Of a DNA stretch of 64,000 nucleotides, positions 10,224-20,197 are shown piece after piece. A program made the translations under genes and the position numbers. Every line of letters begins with the position of its first letter. The stretch's first letter is position 1. The stretch is from Candidatus Babeliales bacterium (GTDB lineage Bacteria > Babelota > Babeliae > Babelales > JANWKD01), in the NCBI GenBank assembly GCA_963722075.1, contig CAVRJM010000001.1, positions 352,001 to 416,000 on the forward strand, written 5' to 3'. Below the pieces are notes generated by a model. That model saw only the letters and a program-made list of their open reading frames with translations. It had not been told where the DNA came from and searched no databases.

Positions 10224-11096
10224 ATGATGAAAAAGCTTATAATACTTAGTTGCCTGCTGCCATTCTGTGCGCAAGCAATGGTGTGTGATTATCAAACACG
10301 CCAACAAATTAACAAAGATAAAAAAGCACCATACCAGATATATGAAAATATTCAGAAGTTATTTATACCCGTTTTAAATGCAAATATGAAAAATTATTAC
10401 TATTTTACCGAAGCATGGAAAAGCTGGGACGCTTATACTGATTGTGCTCATGAATTAATAACGAATTCGGAATTCAAAGAAGATAAAGATATCTTAGTGT
10501 TTGCTAAATATAGAATTAAAGATACCGTCGAAAAAATCAATGGAGTACCTGACCAAACAAGATTAAGAAAAATGTTAAAAGAATTGGCAGATATTTATAG
10601 CAATGCATTGCAGGTTATTAATGAAGAAGTAGATACGCCGTTAGACTGGGAAAGCGCTGTTTTAGCACAGTCTGCAGAAGATATTTTCCCCCATTACAAA
10701 ATAAGCTTGTTATTGCCCTATGAAGAATTAAAGAAAAAAAGTGCATTTGATAATAAAAAAATTCTTGATTTTGTGAAGAATCTTGAAAGAATCGCATCAG
10801 GAGAAGATGAACAACAAGCTATTAATAATTTTGCCGACAAAATAGATAAACTTATTTACCGTTTAGAAGCAGATAAAAAAAGAACCTGGTATAGTAAAAG
10901 AGAACTGCAGAAAGAAATTAATGACTTAGAAGAAATTTTTGATGCACTTAATGAACGTTATATTATTGAAACGAGTCTTATGCGCGAAAAAATTTCCTTA
11001 TCAACAGATTTAGATGCGCTTATAATTTTATCCGAAACAAAAAATCTTATAACTATTGGGCAAAAGGTAAAGAATTTTCTAGATTCACGTAAGTAA
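10224..11096 (+). CDS. Secreted helical protein, tandem paralog 3 of 3
   Basis: MVCDY, SWDAYTDCA, TPLDWESAVLA, LIILSE. Confidence 0.75.
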   Translation: MMKKLIILSCLLPFCAQAMVCDYQTRQQINKDKKAPYQIYENIQKLFIPVLNANMKNYYYFTEAWKSWDAYTDCAHELITNSEFKEDKDILVFAKYRIKDTVEKINGVPDQTRLRKMLKELADIYSNALQVINEEVDTPLDWESAVLAQSAEDIFPHYKISLLLPYEELKKKSAFDNKKILDFVKNLERIASGEDEQQAINNFADKIDKLIYRLEADKKRTWYSKRELQKEINDLEEIFDALNERYIIETSLMREKISLSTDLDALIILSETKNLITIGQKVKNFLDSRK

Positions 11097-11119
11097 ATGA
11101 ATCCTTATAGCAAAAAGAC

Positions 11120-11149
11120 AAAAAGCGCGGAAAATTTTCCGCGCTTTTT
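11120..11149. terminator. Bidirectional intrinsic terminator
   Basis: AAAAAGCGCGGAAAATTTTCCGCGCTTTTT between convergent genes. Confidence 0.85.
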
Positions 11150-11177
11150 CGTTTAAATTATATCTACGTTGAATGCT

Positions 11178-12758
11178 TTATGAGAATGCGAAGCCGCCTT
11201 TAATCCAAATTCCCCATTGGTCAAGTGCAAAATTATGATCGCCTGAGAATTCTACTTCGCCGCCTAACCCTAAAAATGGGGTATAATCACAATTTTCCCA
11301 CGCATAGCTGGCATGAGCAAAGAATTTATGTGAAATAGCTCGCGGATGCGCTGCTGAATCAATAAATAGTTGGCTATTATTAATGAAGACAGCCGTGCTA
11401 TCAAATGGGCCACCGGTTCCATTAATGTGAGCAGTACTTTGTGTCTGAAGAGCTTCAGGGCCCGCAGAGAGTGTTTGTCCTTTTAACCCATAGGTATTTG
11501 GTTGAATCATTTCGATATTGCTAATTTTATCCTCGCTACGAGTCCAGAGATTGTAACCAGTATCAAGCGTAAAACCACAACGATAATAATCAAAAAGCAA
11601 TGCAGCTTCAATATGATAAGAATTACGGACTTTACATTGCAATGCTAACACATTGGGACCAAATAAAATTTCAGACAGCGCTGTTGGGGTGGCACCACCG
11701 GTAAATTTTTTAATTAATAATCTACTGCTACCAATATTTTGCGTGCCATCGGCATTAGCTAAATCAAATATTCTGCGCTGACGGCCTTTGAGCACGGTAT
11801 AAATATCTGCTTCTGCCCATACGCTAAATGCTGAATCGCAGCAGTTATTCCAGAATTCATAGTGTGTAGAAAAGCCAGCACCTACTTCATAATGCTTACC
11901 ATTACCAGCAACTGGTTCAAAAAGGAACACGGCATTCGGACGATTACTGGAAGGGAAAACAACACGGAAATCAGCGCCTAAATGGTAACATTCATGGCAA
12001 AGGAAATTATATCCAAGCGCTGCTTCAATATCACCAAGTCGTGTTTTAGTTTGTTTGCCGCTTGCTTCACTTGAACCGCTCAGTGCATCAGATGTATCAA
12101 CGCGACCAAATTGTAAAACTTGTTTTAAAAGGGGAAAATCTATGGTATCTAATGTTTGCCCATTATATGCTGTTAAAATACTGCCAATGGGTGAAGGGAG
12201 GGCGCTCGTATTTCCCAATTCATTTGCTGCGATTGTAGTACCTGAACTGGTAATGTTTTCATCAAAATTAACGGTCCAACGAGTCCATACTAATGGTGCA
12301 TGGATATCTAAATAAAGACCACAAACCCATTCATCTAAATTAAGTCTAAATTGAATATCTAAAAGCGCATTTTCTACCCGCGGAAGTGCGGTGAGGGTTC
12401 CGTTAAAGTTATCATTAAGGAAAAAATTTTCTGCAAAGACATCAACGCCCGTACCGCCTGCAGCGCCAAATGTCATCATGTTGGTACCGTTATAGAAAAG
12501 GTATTTTCCTATTTCATCGCGATCAAATGAACGCGTATACTCAGGGGTGAAGGACAGAAATCCATTGAGACAATCTATGTCGCAGGGTACAAGAAATTCT
12601 GTTGTTCCTACTAAACGTCTTGCTAGATTAGACCATTGTGGTCGTTGGCTGAAAAATGTATGGCCAAATGTTTTACTAGATGGATCATCAAGTGCATATA
12701 TAAATCCAAAAGAGGTACATAAAAAGAGAAATAAAAATTTTTTAATAGTTGGTTTCAT
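11178..12758 (-). CDS. Putative outer-membrane beta-barrel protein, paralog 2
   Basis: Signal peptide; FG.TFF, IGKYLF, FEP..GNG..YEVGAG shared with 6508..8016; C-terminal WIKGGFAFS. Confidence 0.7.
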   Translation of the reverse strand: MKPTIKKFLFLFLCTSFGFIYALDDPSSKTFGHTFFSQRPQWSNLARRLVGTTEFLVPCDIDCLNGFLSFTPEYTRSFDRDEIGKYLFYNGTNMMTFGAAGGTGVDVFAENFFLNDNFNGTLTALPRVENALLDIQFRLNLDEWVCGLYLDIHAPLVWTRWTVNFDENITSSGTTIAANELGNTSALPSPIGSILTAYNGQTLDTIDFPLLKQVLQFGRVDTSDALSGSSEASGKQTKTRLGDIEAALGYNFLCHECYHLGADFRVVFPSSNRPNAVFLFEPVAGNGKHYEVGAGFSTHYEFWNNCCDSAFSVWAEADIYTVLKGRQRRIFDLANADGTQNIGSSRLLIKKFTGGATPTALSEILFGPNVLALQCKVRNSYHIEAALLFDYYRCGFTLDTGYNLWTRSEDKISNIEMIQPNTYGLKGQTLSAGPEALQTQSTAHINGTGGPFDSTAVFINNSQLFIDSAAHPRAISHKFFAHASYAWENCDYTPFLGLGGEVEFSGDHNFALDQWGIWIKGGFAFS

Positions 12759-12918
12759 CTACAAAACTCCTTATTGTTTTTAAAGCTGGGCATACCATCG
12801 AATGTTTTCATTGCATTTGATCACACGCTACTGAATTTCCAATGATTCGTCAATATTGAAAGAGGTATAATTTATGGTATGGTTGAGTTTTGTAAAAACA
12901 TTATAGATTTACGCAAAC

Positions 12919-13065
12919 CTGGATTCTTAGGCTTCGCTCAGAATGACATACGACACGGTCATCCTGAGGAACTTGCGTCCGACTTCGCCATGGCTACGCC
13001 GGATTCCTCAATAGCAAAGTGCGTGTCCGGCGGAGTTTTAACGGAGACGGAACGTGAGGATACAG
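12919..13065. repeat. Composite palindromic repeat: family A (right half then left half) carrying a family B doublet at 12975-13051
   Basis: CTGGATTC..CTCAGAATGAC / GTCATCCTGAG-[GCGTCCGACTTCGCCATGGCTACGCCGGA...TGTCCGGCGGAGTTTTAACGGAGACGGA]-ACGTGAGGATACAG. Confidence 0.85.
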
Positions 13066-13095
13066 TAAATAAATTAACATTCTAATTTTGATTTT

Positions 13096-13869
13096 TTGAT
13101 TTCTATGTACACATATCTAATAATTTTTTTTGCAATTTTTTTAGAAAGTCTTCCTATAAGTAGTTCTGGGCATGTTCTGTTATTGCAAAAATTGTTATCA
13201 AAAAAAAATATTGCAGCTGATATGAATCCTGATGTTTTACTATTTTTGAATGGGTTTACGGTTATGGTGTTAGTGCTTTTTTTCTATAATCGTTGGAAGC
13301 TCCTCGTTTGGGCGTTACTACGAAATAAGGCGATAATACAAAAAATCTTTTTGTTAGGAGCTTTGACTGATGGAATCACGGTTGGATTCTATTTTTTGTA
13401 TGCTAAAAAATTGTGTCTATTCCCTGTATGGATTGGATTTTTAATTACCGCATTGGTATTAGCGAGTTTGCGTTTTTGTCCAATTGTAATAAAAGGAAGT
13501 TGGAATTATAAAAATGCGATTTTATTAGGAATAGTACAATCATTAGCGTTGTTGCCGGGTATTTCACGCTTTGGTACAACGTTTGCAGCAAGTAGATGGT
13601 GTGGAATGAATAACCGCAAGTCATTTGAACTATCTTTTTTACTGGAATTTCCTATTATTGTTGGGGCATATTTGCTAGGAACATATCAGTTGTATAAAAA
13701 AAATCAGTTATGGTACGTGATTAATTCTGGCACATTAATGATTAGTATGACAGCAATTATAGCTGCATTAATTGGATTATGGATCATGCGCGTTATAATT
13801 TCTTATAATTATATATGGCTATTTTCGATTTATCTGATAATGATTTCATTTTTGTGTATACCACTATAA
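13096..13869 (+). CDS. uppP: Undecaprenyl-diphosphate phosphatase (BacA/UppP)
   Basis: ESLPISSSGH and LALLPGISRFGTT motifs, multiple TM segments; start may be ATG 13105. Confidence 0.9.
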   Translation: MISMYTYLIIFFAIFLESLPISSSGHVLLLQKLLSKKNIAADMNPDVLLFLNGFTVMVLVLFFYNRWKLLVWALLRNKAIIQKIFLLGALTDGITVGFYFLYAKKLCLFPVWIGFLITALVLASLRFCPIVIKGSWNYKNAILLGIVQSLALLPGISRFGTTFAASRWCGMNNRKSFELSFLLEFPIIVGAYLLGTYQLYKKNQLWYVINSGTLMISMTAIIAALIGLWIMRVIISYNYIWLFSIYLIMISFLCIPL

Positions 13870-13882
13870 GTAGGAATATAAT

Positions 13883-16105
13883 ATGGTGTCGATGTTGTCA
13901 CGATTCATTTCGCCTCATTTTAAGCGTTCGATAAAAAAAATAATGGGATATTTTATTTTAGCAATTGCATTGTTTTATTTGATTGCAATTATGGGGCATA
14001 ATCCGCATGATATTTCGCTTTTTTTTAAATCTACCGATCCAATTATTGCACATATATTTGGCAGTTTTGGAGCGCATACGGCAGCATTATTGCTCTTTAT
14101 ATTGGGAGGAATTGGGTCATTATCATGCATTTTATTTTTGTTGTTATTAGGTTTTTTTTTGCTTAGACAATCACCACTTAAACAATATGCAGATCAACTA
14201 ATTGGTGCATTTTTTTTTATTTTTTGTAGTTGCTCGTATGCTGCATTTTTTAAAATTGATATCGGTACCTTTTTTTGTGGTGGATTATGTGGTGTTTTTT
14301 TAATCGATTTTTTTCAACGTTTTTTTGATTCCTTTTTATTTTCGGTATTTATTTTTTTTATAACAACGAGCGCCTTTATTCTAATGTCACGATTGGTGTT
14401 AATAAAAATAGTTATAAGGGCACAAGTAATGATGAGGCGCTTGGCATTGTACCATGATTGTAAGGCTATTTTAGCGAGTTCTTATGAGAATATACAAATA
14501 TACCTGAAAAAATTTATTTCTAAGGTATCTGCACTGATATTTACCAATGAGCGTATGCCATCGGTGATAGATTTAGAATATGAAAAAATTCCTGAAGAAG
14601 ACGCATTTTGGGATAAATTTGAATGCGCTTCAGAAGCAGCTGTTCAAGAGCCAACACTGATGGAATCTGCTCCCATTGAAGAAAAAAATGAAATGCCTTC
14701 TTTGATTGCCGAGCCACCCAAAAAAATATCTTATGCATTACCACTTTCTTCACTCGTAAAAGTGGAGCAAGAAAACCATGATGATGCCGGTGAACAAAAA
14801 GAGTGGGCCCTTATTTTGGAAGAAAAATTAGAGCGATTTGGAATTCATGGGAAAGTACTCTCCATTAAAAAAGGTCCCGTTATAACCTTATTTGAATATG
14901 AGCCGCAGATAGATTCAAAAATTAGTAAAATTATTGCATTGGAAGATGATTTAGCATTGGCTTTACAAGCCATTAGCATTCGTATTATTGCGCCCATACC
15001 AGGCCGTTCAGTAGTAGGTTTTGAAGTCTCAAATAAAAAGCGACATACGGTACAGATGGGATCATTATTACAATCAGCTGATTTTAAGCACTGTGCAGCG
15101 AATTTACCGCTTGCTATTGGTCAGGATAATATTGGTTCAAATATTATTGTTGATTTGACAATGATGCCGCATTTATTGATTGCAGGATCTACTGGTTCAG
15201 GAAAATCGGTGGCGTTAAATACGATGCTTATTAGTTTGTTGTATAAATGTGTACCAAATCAACTTAAGTTAATTTTAATCGATCCAAAGCGTTTAGAATT
15301 TGCTTCTTATGCAGATATCCCACATTTACTATTCCCCATTATTACCGATCCAAAAAAGGCCGCAGCAGCGCTTAGATGGGTGGTAAAAACAATGGAAGAA
15401 CGGTATGCGATTATGGAAGCACATAATGTAAGAAATATTTTTGATTACAATCGTTTAGTAGGTAAAGATACGCAAAAAAAGGCAATGCCCTTTATTGTAA
15501 TAATGATTGATGAGCTTTCTGATCTTATGATGACGGCACCAAGAGAGACTGAAGATTTAATTGCGCGTATAGCGCAGATGGCTCGTGCTGCTGGCATTCA
15601 TATGATTATCGCAACGCAACGCCCTTCAGTTGATGTTATAACAGGACTGATTAAAGTTAATTTCCCCAGCAGAATTTCATTTCGAGTAACTTCTAAGATT
15701 GATTCACGTACCATTTTGGATTGTACGGGTGCCGACAAATTATTAGGCAAGGGAGATATGTTATTTTTGGATTCTGCATCACGGCTTATTCGTGCGCATG
15801 CGCCGTATATTTCCGATAAAGAAATAGGACAGGTAGTAAACCATATTCGATTGCAACAAGCACCGGAGTATATTCCTTTACCAGAAGATAATAAAGCAAC
15901 TAATTTTGATGATAATGATATTGATGAACAATTATATGATGATGTTTTACGCTTTATTGAAATGGTTGATGAAGTTTCTATATCATTACTGCAACGTAAA
16001 TTTAGAATTGGTTATAATCGATCTGCACGCATTATCGATAAATTAGAATCTCAAGGAATTATTATGCAGGAGCCGGGTGGTAAAACACGAAAAGTGATTC
16101 GATAA
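13883..16105 (+). CDS. ftsK: DNA translocase FtsK
   Basis: N-terminal TMs, PHLLIAGSTGSGKS, IDELSDLMM, ATQRPSVDVITG, gamma domain LQRKFRIGYNRSARI. Confidence 0.97.
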   Translation: MVSMLSRFISPHFKRSIKKIMGYFILAIALFYLIAIMGHNPHDISLFFKSTDPIIAHIFGSFGAHTAALLLFILGGIGSLSCILFLLLLGFFLLRQSPLKQYADQLIGAFFFIFCSCSYAAFFKIDIGTFFCGGLCGVFLIDFFQRFFDSFLFSVFIFFITTSAFILMSRLVLIKIVIRAQVMMRRLALYHDCKAILASSYENIQIYLKKFISKVSALIFTNERMPSVIDLEYEKIPEEDAFWDKFECASEAAVQEPTLMESAPIEEKNEMPSLIAEPPKKISYALPLSSLVKVEQENHDDAGEQKEWALILEEKLERFGIHGKVLSIKKGPVITLFEYEPQIDSKISKIIALEDDLALALQAISIRIIAPIPGRSVVGFEVSNKKRHTVQMGSLLQSADFKHCAANLPLAIGQDNIGSNIIVDLTMMPHLLIAGSTGSGKSVALNTMLISLLYKCVPNQLKLILIDPKRLEFASYADIPHLLFPIITDPKKAAAALRWVVKTMEERYAIMEAHNVRNIFDYNRLVGKDTQKKAMPFIVIMIDELSDLMMTAPRETEDLIARIAQMARAAGIHMIIATQRPSVDVITGLIKVNFPSRISFRVTSKIDSRTILDCTGADKLLGKGDMLFLDSASRLIRAHAPYISDKEIGQVVNHIRLQQAPEYIPLPEDNKATNFDDNDIDEQLYDDVLRFIEMVDEVSISLLQRKFRIGYNRSARIIDKLESQGIIMQEPGGKTRKVIR

Positions 16106-16237
16106 ATTAAAATAAAATTTTTTTATTTTTAAAAAACTCTTTTTTTTATACTTGACAAATGTTCAAAAAGCAGACATTTTTTCCAACGTATTAGTACAGC
16201 ATTTTTAGTAAATTTTAACATTAAAAGGCGGAGAAAT

Positions 16238-17641
16238 ATGCGTTTGGACGAAAATTTTATAAAAAACGCGCTTCCTGGGAGTAGTTTTGTCAACAAAATT
16301 TTTCCTGAAAACATATCATTAAGTATTGATTCACGAAAAATTAATAAAGGAGATATTTTTGTTGCGTTAGAAGGATCACAGTGCGATGGTCATGATTTTA
16401 TTACTGAAGCAATAGAAAAAGGAGCTGCAGGATTAATTATTGCAGAGCATAAAAAAGATTACGTAATCAATAGTATAAAAAATAAGCTTGAACAATTATT
16501 GGTTGTATGTGTTTCAAATACCCGTAGTGCGTTGATTACCTTAGCAACGGCATGGCGTGATCAATTTAATTACCCAGTAATTTGCATAACCGGTTCAGTA
16601 GGAAAAACATCTACTAAAGAAATTATTTGCAATGTTTTGGATCTTCATGGCACCTCATATGCAGCATCATATGGTAACCAAAATACGGCAATAGGATTGG
16701 CGCTTACTATATTTTCTATGCGATCAGATCATCAAGCAGCTATTTTTGAATTGGGTATTAATAAGCGCGGAGAAATGGCACAATTGGTTGCGATGGCGCG
16801 CCCGACTATGGCATTGATTACCAATATTGGTCATGCGCATATGGAAGGTCTTGGTTCTATTGTTGATATAGCGGCAGAAAAACGAGATATCTTTTCATTA
16901 TTTAAAGAGAGTAATATTGGTATTATCAATGGCGATCAACCATTACTTTCACATATCTCTTATAGTCATCCTGTGGTGAAATTTGGATCAAAAACAACAA
17001 ATCAAATACAAGCACGTAAAATATTTCAGGGAAGTAATTACGTTTCCTTTATTTTAAAATTATATGGTGAAAAGCATCGTATTGTTTTAAAAACAAATCA
17101 TAACGGAGCGGTATTTAATACGCTTGCTGCCGTAGCGGCTACTTATTTATTAGGTATTCTCACTGAAACTATTATTCAGGCGATTCAAATGCCAGTTATT
17201 GTTGCTGGACGCTTTGAGCAGCGGTTGTTAAAAAATGGGAAGGGCGTTATTATTAATGATTGTTATAATGCGAGCCCTGAAAGTATGAAAGCAGCATTGT
17301 TAGCTCTACAGAAAATAGAAACATCCGCTGAAAAAATAGCCGTTTTGGGTGATATGGCTGAACTGGGTATTAACGGGCCGTTTTGGCATAGACAACTAGG
17401 CCGTTTTTTGAGAAAAGTGCCATCGTTAAAAAGAGTAATTTTAGTTGGATCATTAGTTGAATGGACTAAAAAGACACTTCCGGTGGGAGTTTCAATGGAA
17501 CATGTTGCTAATTGGAAAGAAGCGGTTAACGTGTTGCAAGAAAAGATGAGTAACGAAAACCTCATTTTAGTAAAAGGCTCGCGGGTATTAGGGTTGGATA
17601 AGTTAATAAATGAAATGACCTATGAAAAAGAACAACTGTGA
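16238..17641 (+). CDS. murF: UDP-MurNAc-tripeptide--D-Ala-D-Ala ligase
   Basis: IDSR, ITGSVGKTSTKE, TNIGHAHMEG, DCYNASPESM, LGDMAELG, VKGSR. Confidence 0.95.
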   Translation: MRLDENFIKNALPGSSFVNKIFPENISLSIDSRKINKGDIFVALEGSQCDGHDFITEAIEKGAAGLIIAEHKKDYVINSIKNKLEQLLVVCVSNTRSALITLATAWRDQFNYPVICITGSVGKTSTKEIICNVLDLHGTSYAASYGNQNTAIGLALTIFSMRSDHQAAIFELGINKRGEMAQLVAMARPTMALITNIGHAHMEGLGSIVDIAAEKRDIFSLFKESNIGIINGDQPLLSHISYSHPVVKFGSKTTNQIQARKIFQGSNYVSFILKLYGEKHRIVLKTNHNGAVFNTLAAVAATYLLGILTETIIQAIQMPVIVAGRFEQRLLKNGKGVIINDCYNASPESMKAALLALQKIETSAEKIAVLGDMAELGINGPFWHRQLGRFLRKVPSLKRVILVGSLVEWTKKTLPVGVSMEHVANWKEAVNVLQEKMSNENLILVKGSRVLGLDKLINEMTYEKEQL

Positions 17642-17645
17642 GGAT

Positions 17646-18536
17646 ATGTACCATAAATCAGTGCTTGTTAATGAAGTTATTGAATACATAAAACCCCAAG
17701 CGCATGGGGTATATTTAGATGTTACGTTTGGAGGCGGTGGGCATACGCGGGCATTGTTAACCGCTGAGCCCACTTGCTCAGTAATAGCGCTTGATTGGGA
17801 TGCGCAGGCATTGGAAAAGAATGGCTATGCCCTTCAGGAAGAATTTCCCGGAAGGCTTACCTTGTTATGGGGCAATTTTGCGCAAGTAGATAAGAAATTA
17901 AAGAAGGAAGGTTTGGGCCCTGTCGATGGTGTGATTGCTGATTTTGGTACTTCACAATATCAACTGCTTGAACGGTCTGGCTTTTCATTTAATGTTGATA
18001 GTCCTCTTGATATGCGTATGTCGCCAGCTCATCAAAAAATAACAGCGCAAGAAGTGGTAAATAAGGCAACTGAAAAAAAGCTTTATGATATTTTTAAGGA
18101 GCTCGGGCAAGAACAATATGCTAGAAAAGCAGCACGGGCAATTGTAGAAGCACGCGCAAAATATTCGATAAAAACGACTCGTCAATTAGCCCATATTATT
18201 GAAGGCGTAATACCTCGTAAGAAAAAAAATATACATCCAGCTACCCAAATATTTCAAGGCTTACGTATTTATGTTAATAAGGAGCTAGAAAATATTCAGT
18301 CCTTTTTAAATGCAAGTTTACGTGTTTTAAAGCCGGGTGGAAGGCTTCTTTGTATTAGTTTTCATTCCTTAGAAGATCGCTTGGTTAAACAGTTCTTTAA
18401 AAACCATACTAATACACCGCCATTGGTGGAAATAGTAACTGATCACATAATTGTTGCCACCCAAGAAGAACTTAAAGAAAATCCTTCTGCTCGTTCAGCA
18501 AAATTGCGTGTTGCGCAATTAAAGGAAAATGTATGA
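17646..18536 (+). CDS. rsmH: 16S rRNA m4C1402 methyltransferase RsmH
   Basis: HKSVL, DVTFGGGGHT, PLDMRM, ISFHSLEDRLVK, NPSARSAKLR; ATG 17646 follows GAGGA. Confidence 0.95.
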   Translation: MYHKSVLVNEVIEYIKPQAHGVYLDVTFGGGGHTRALLTAEPTCSVIALDWDAQALEKNGYALQEEFPGRLTLLWGNFAQVDKKLKKEGLGPVDGVIADFGTSQYQLLERSGFSFNVDSPLDMRMSPAHQKITAQEVVNKATEKKLYDIFKELGQEQYARKAARAIVEARAKYSIKTTRQLAHIIEGVIPRKKKNIHPATQIFQGLRIYVNKELENIQSFLNASLRVLKPGGRLLCISFHSLEDRLVKQFFKNHTNTPPLVEIVTDHIIVATQEELKENPSARSAKLRVAQLKENV

Positions 18537-18543
18537 AAATAGT

Positions 18544-18572
18544 TTGACAAATAAGGGGTGCATGGGTAAATT
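18544..18572 (+). promoter_or_regulatory. Sigma70-type promoter for spoVG
   Basis: TTGACA-17 bp-TAAATT. Confidence 0.55.
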
Positions 18573-18651
18573 AATGGTGTATTGTTTGATAGTTGTTATA
18601 TCAAGCCAATAAAATGAGATAGTAAAAAGATTATTTTTAAGGGCACAAGAA

Positions 18652-18942
18652 ATGAAAATAACAGAGGTAAAAGTATATCCAGCGAAGGAAAACGGTAGGC
18701 TTAAAGCTTACGCAACGATAATCTTTGATAATGATTTTATTGTGCGTGATCTGAAAGTAATTGAAGGGGAAAAAGGACTCTTTGTATCAATGCCTTCCCG
18801 TCGCCGCAAAGATGGCTCATTTAGAGACATTGTCCATCCGCTCAACGCTGATACTCGCAAGATGATTGAAGAATCTATTATTGGTGAGTATAATAAAGCG
18901 GTTAAAATGGGTTTTAGCACCTCCGCTGAATCTGAAGAATAA
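18652..18942 (+). CDS. spoVG: SpoVG family nucleic-acid-binding regulator
   Basis: MKITEVKV..LKAYATI.FD..F.VRDLKVIEG..GLFVSMPSR..DG.FRDIVHP. Confidence 0.93.
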   Translation: MKITEVKVYPAKENGRLKAYATIIFDNDFIVRDLKVIEGEKGLFVSMPSRRRKDGSFRDIVHPLNADTRKMIEESIIGEYNKAVKMGFSTSAESEE

Positions 18943-18975
18943 AAAGTAGTAATATAAAGTTATTTGAATTATTGT

Positions 18976-19050
18976 TGGGGCGTCGCCAAGTGGTAAGGCA
19001 CCAGGTTTTGGTCCTGGCATTCGGAGGTTCGAATCCTTCCGCCCCAGCCA
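18976..19050 (+). tRNA. tRNA-Gln (TTG)
   Basis: TGGGGCG/CGCCCCA acceptor stem, anticodon arm CCAGG-TTTTGGT-CCTGG, GGTTCGAATCC T arm, encoded CCA. Confidence 0.97.
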
Positions 19051-19188
19051 TCCTTCGCTCTTACAGAGCTACGGCTGGGCAAGCCAGTTGTTTAAATGAA
19101 ATATACATAATAGAAAAGTGAAGAGCGAAGGCTGTCACGCCCTAGCTTATGCTTCAAAGTTATACCCGAGAAAAAAGCGACGGCGGAC
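19051..19188. repeat. Inverted doublet of family B hairpins between tRNA-Gln and the GIY-YIG gene
   Basis: TCCTTCGCTCTTACAGAGCTACGGCTGGGCAAGCC (+) and TGTCACGCCCTAGCTT...AAGCGACGGCGGAC (-). Confidence 0.75.
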
Positions 19189-19243
19189 TATAACTCGAAT
19201 TTCCTCTATTTTAAATAATAGTTATATTATCTGATTTCTTAAA

Positions 19244-19483
19244 ATGTATTATGTCTATATATTAAATTCAGTTATTGATAAAAATCGTATGTATGTCGGT
19301 TGTACAATTGATCTAGAAAATAGACTAAACGAACACAATGCTGGTGAATGTATACATACGAACAAGTACAAGCCATGGAAATTGTGGACTTACATATATT
19401 TTGAGAATAAAGAAAAGGCAATCGCTTTTGAACGTTACTTAAAATCTGGTTCTGGTAGATCTTTTTCAAAAAGGCATTTTTAA
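19244..19483 (+). CDS. Stand-alone GIY-YIG nuclease
   Basis: YYVYIL...MYVGCT.DLENRL.EHN.G...T.KY.PW...A..FE.YLKSGSGR; catalytic Tyr, Arg and Glu positions present. Confidence 0.92.
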   Translation: MYYVYILNSVIDKNRMYVGCTIDLENRLNEHNAGECIHTNKYKPWKLWTYIYFENKEKAIAFERYLKSGSGRSFSKRHF

Positions 19484-19485
19484 CT

Positions 19486-20118
19486 ATGCAATCAAACATC
19501 TTGCTCCTTGCTTCAAAATCACTCCAACGCCGAACGGCACTAGAACAAGCATGCATCCCTTTTAGAATTATCGAACAAAATGCTGATGAAAGCATTTGTG
19601 ATTATACGCTTCCATTCGGATCCCTTCTAGAATCAATTGCTATTCATAAAATGAATCATATTGTTATGCATGCTAATCTTGAGCATCCTGTTCAATTTGT
19701 TTTGACCGTGGATACCATGGTGCAAGATGGTGCGGGGAAAATATATGGTAAACCCTCATCTAAAGAAGTGGCACGATCATATATTAAAGCATTGCGTGAT
19801 AATCCGGGCCAGGTAGGCACTGCCTTTTGTCTTGATAAAAAAGAGTATGGAGATAATAGGTGGCATACAGTTGATCGCATTACCAAATTTGTGAGCGCCG
19901 GTTATTCGCTCGACATTCCCAATCATTGGATCGATACCTATTTTGATCAAGTGCCCGAATATCTTTCTATTGCCGGTGGACTTACTATCGAAGAATATGG
20001 AGCTCAATTTTTAAAAACCATTGACGGCTCTTATGGATGCGCAATAGGGCTTCCGCTTTATGAATTACGAGAATCATTAGATTTAATGGGATTTTTTACA
20101 TTGAAAAATTCAATCTGA
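19486..20118 (+). CDS. maf: Maf family nucleotide pyrophosphatase, paralog 1
   Basis: LLASKSLQRR, DE, TVDT, GKP, GSY..IGLP. Confidence 0.85.
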   Translation: MQSNILLLASKSLQRRTALEQACIPFRIIEQNADESICDYTLPFGSLLESIAIHKMNHIVMHANLEHPVQFVLTVDTMVQDGAGKIYGKPSSKEVARSYIKALRDNPGQVGTAFCLDKKEYGDNRWHTVDRITKFVSAGYSLDIPNHWIDTYFDQVPEYLSIAGGLTIEEYGAQFLKTIDGSYGCAIGLPLYELRESLDLMGFFTLKNSI

Positions 20119-20197
20119 AATTAAAGGACTTGCTTTATGTTACGATTTATGATAACATAGAAGGATAGTGTTATAGGGATTATAAAATAGGGATTTT

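Noticed and set aside
12879..13085. 68 aa ORF
   Set aside because: Almost entirely composite repeat sequence.
18817..19020. ORF MPGPKPGALPLGDAP
   Set aside because: Antisense translation of tRNA-Gln and spoVG.
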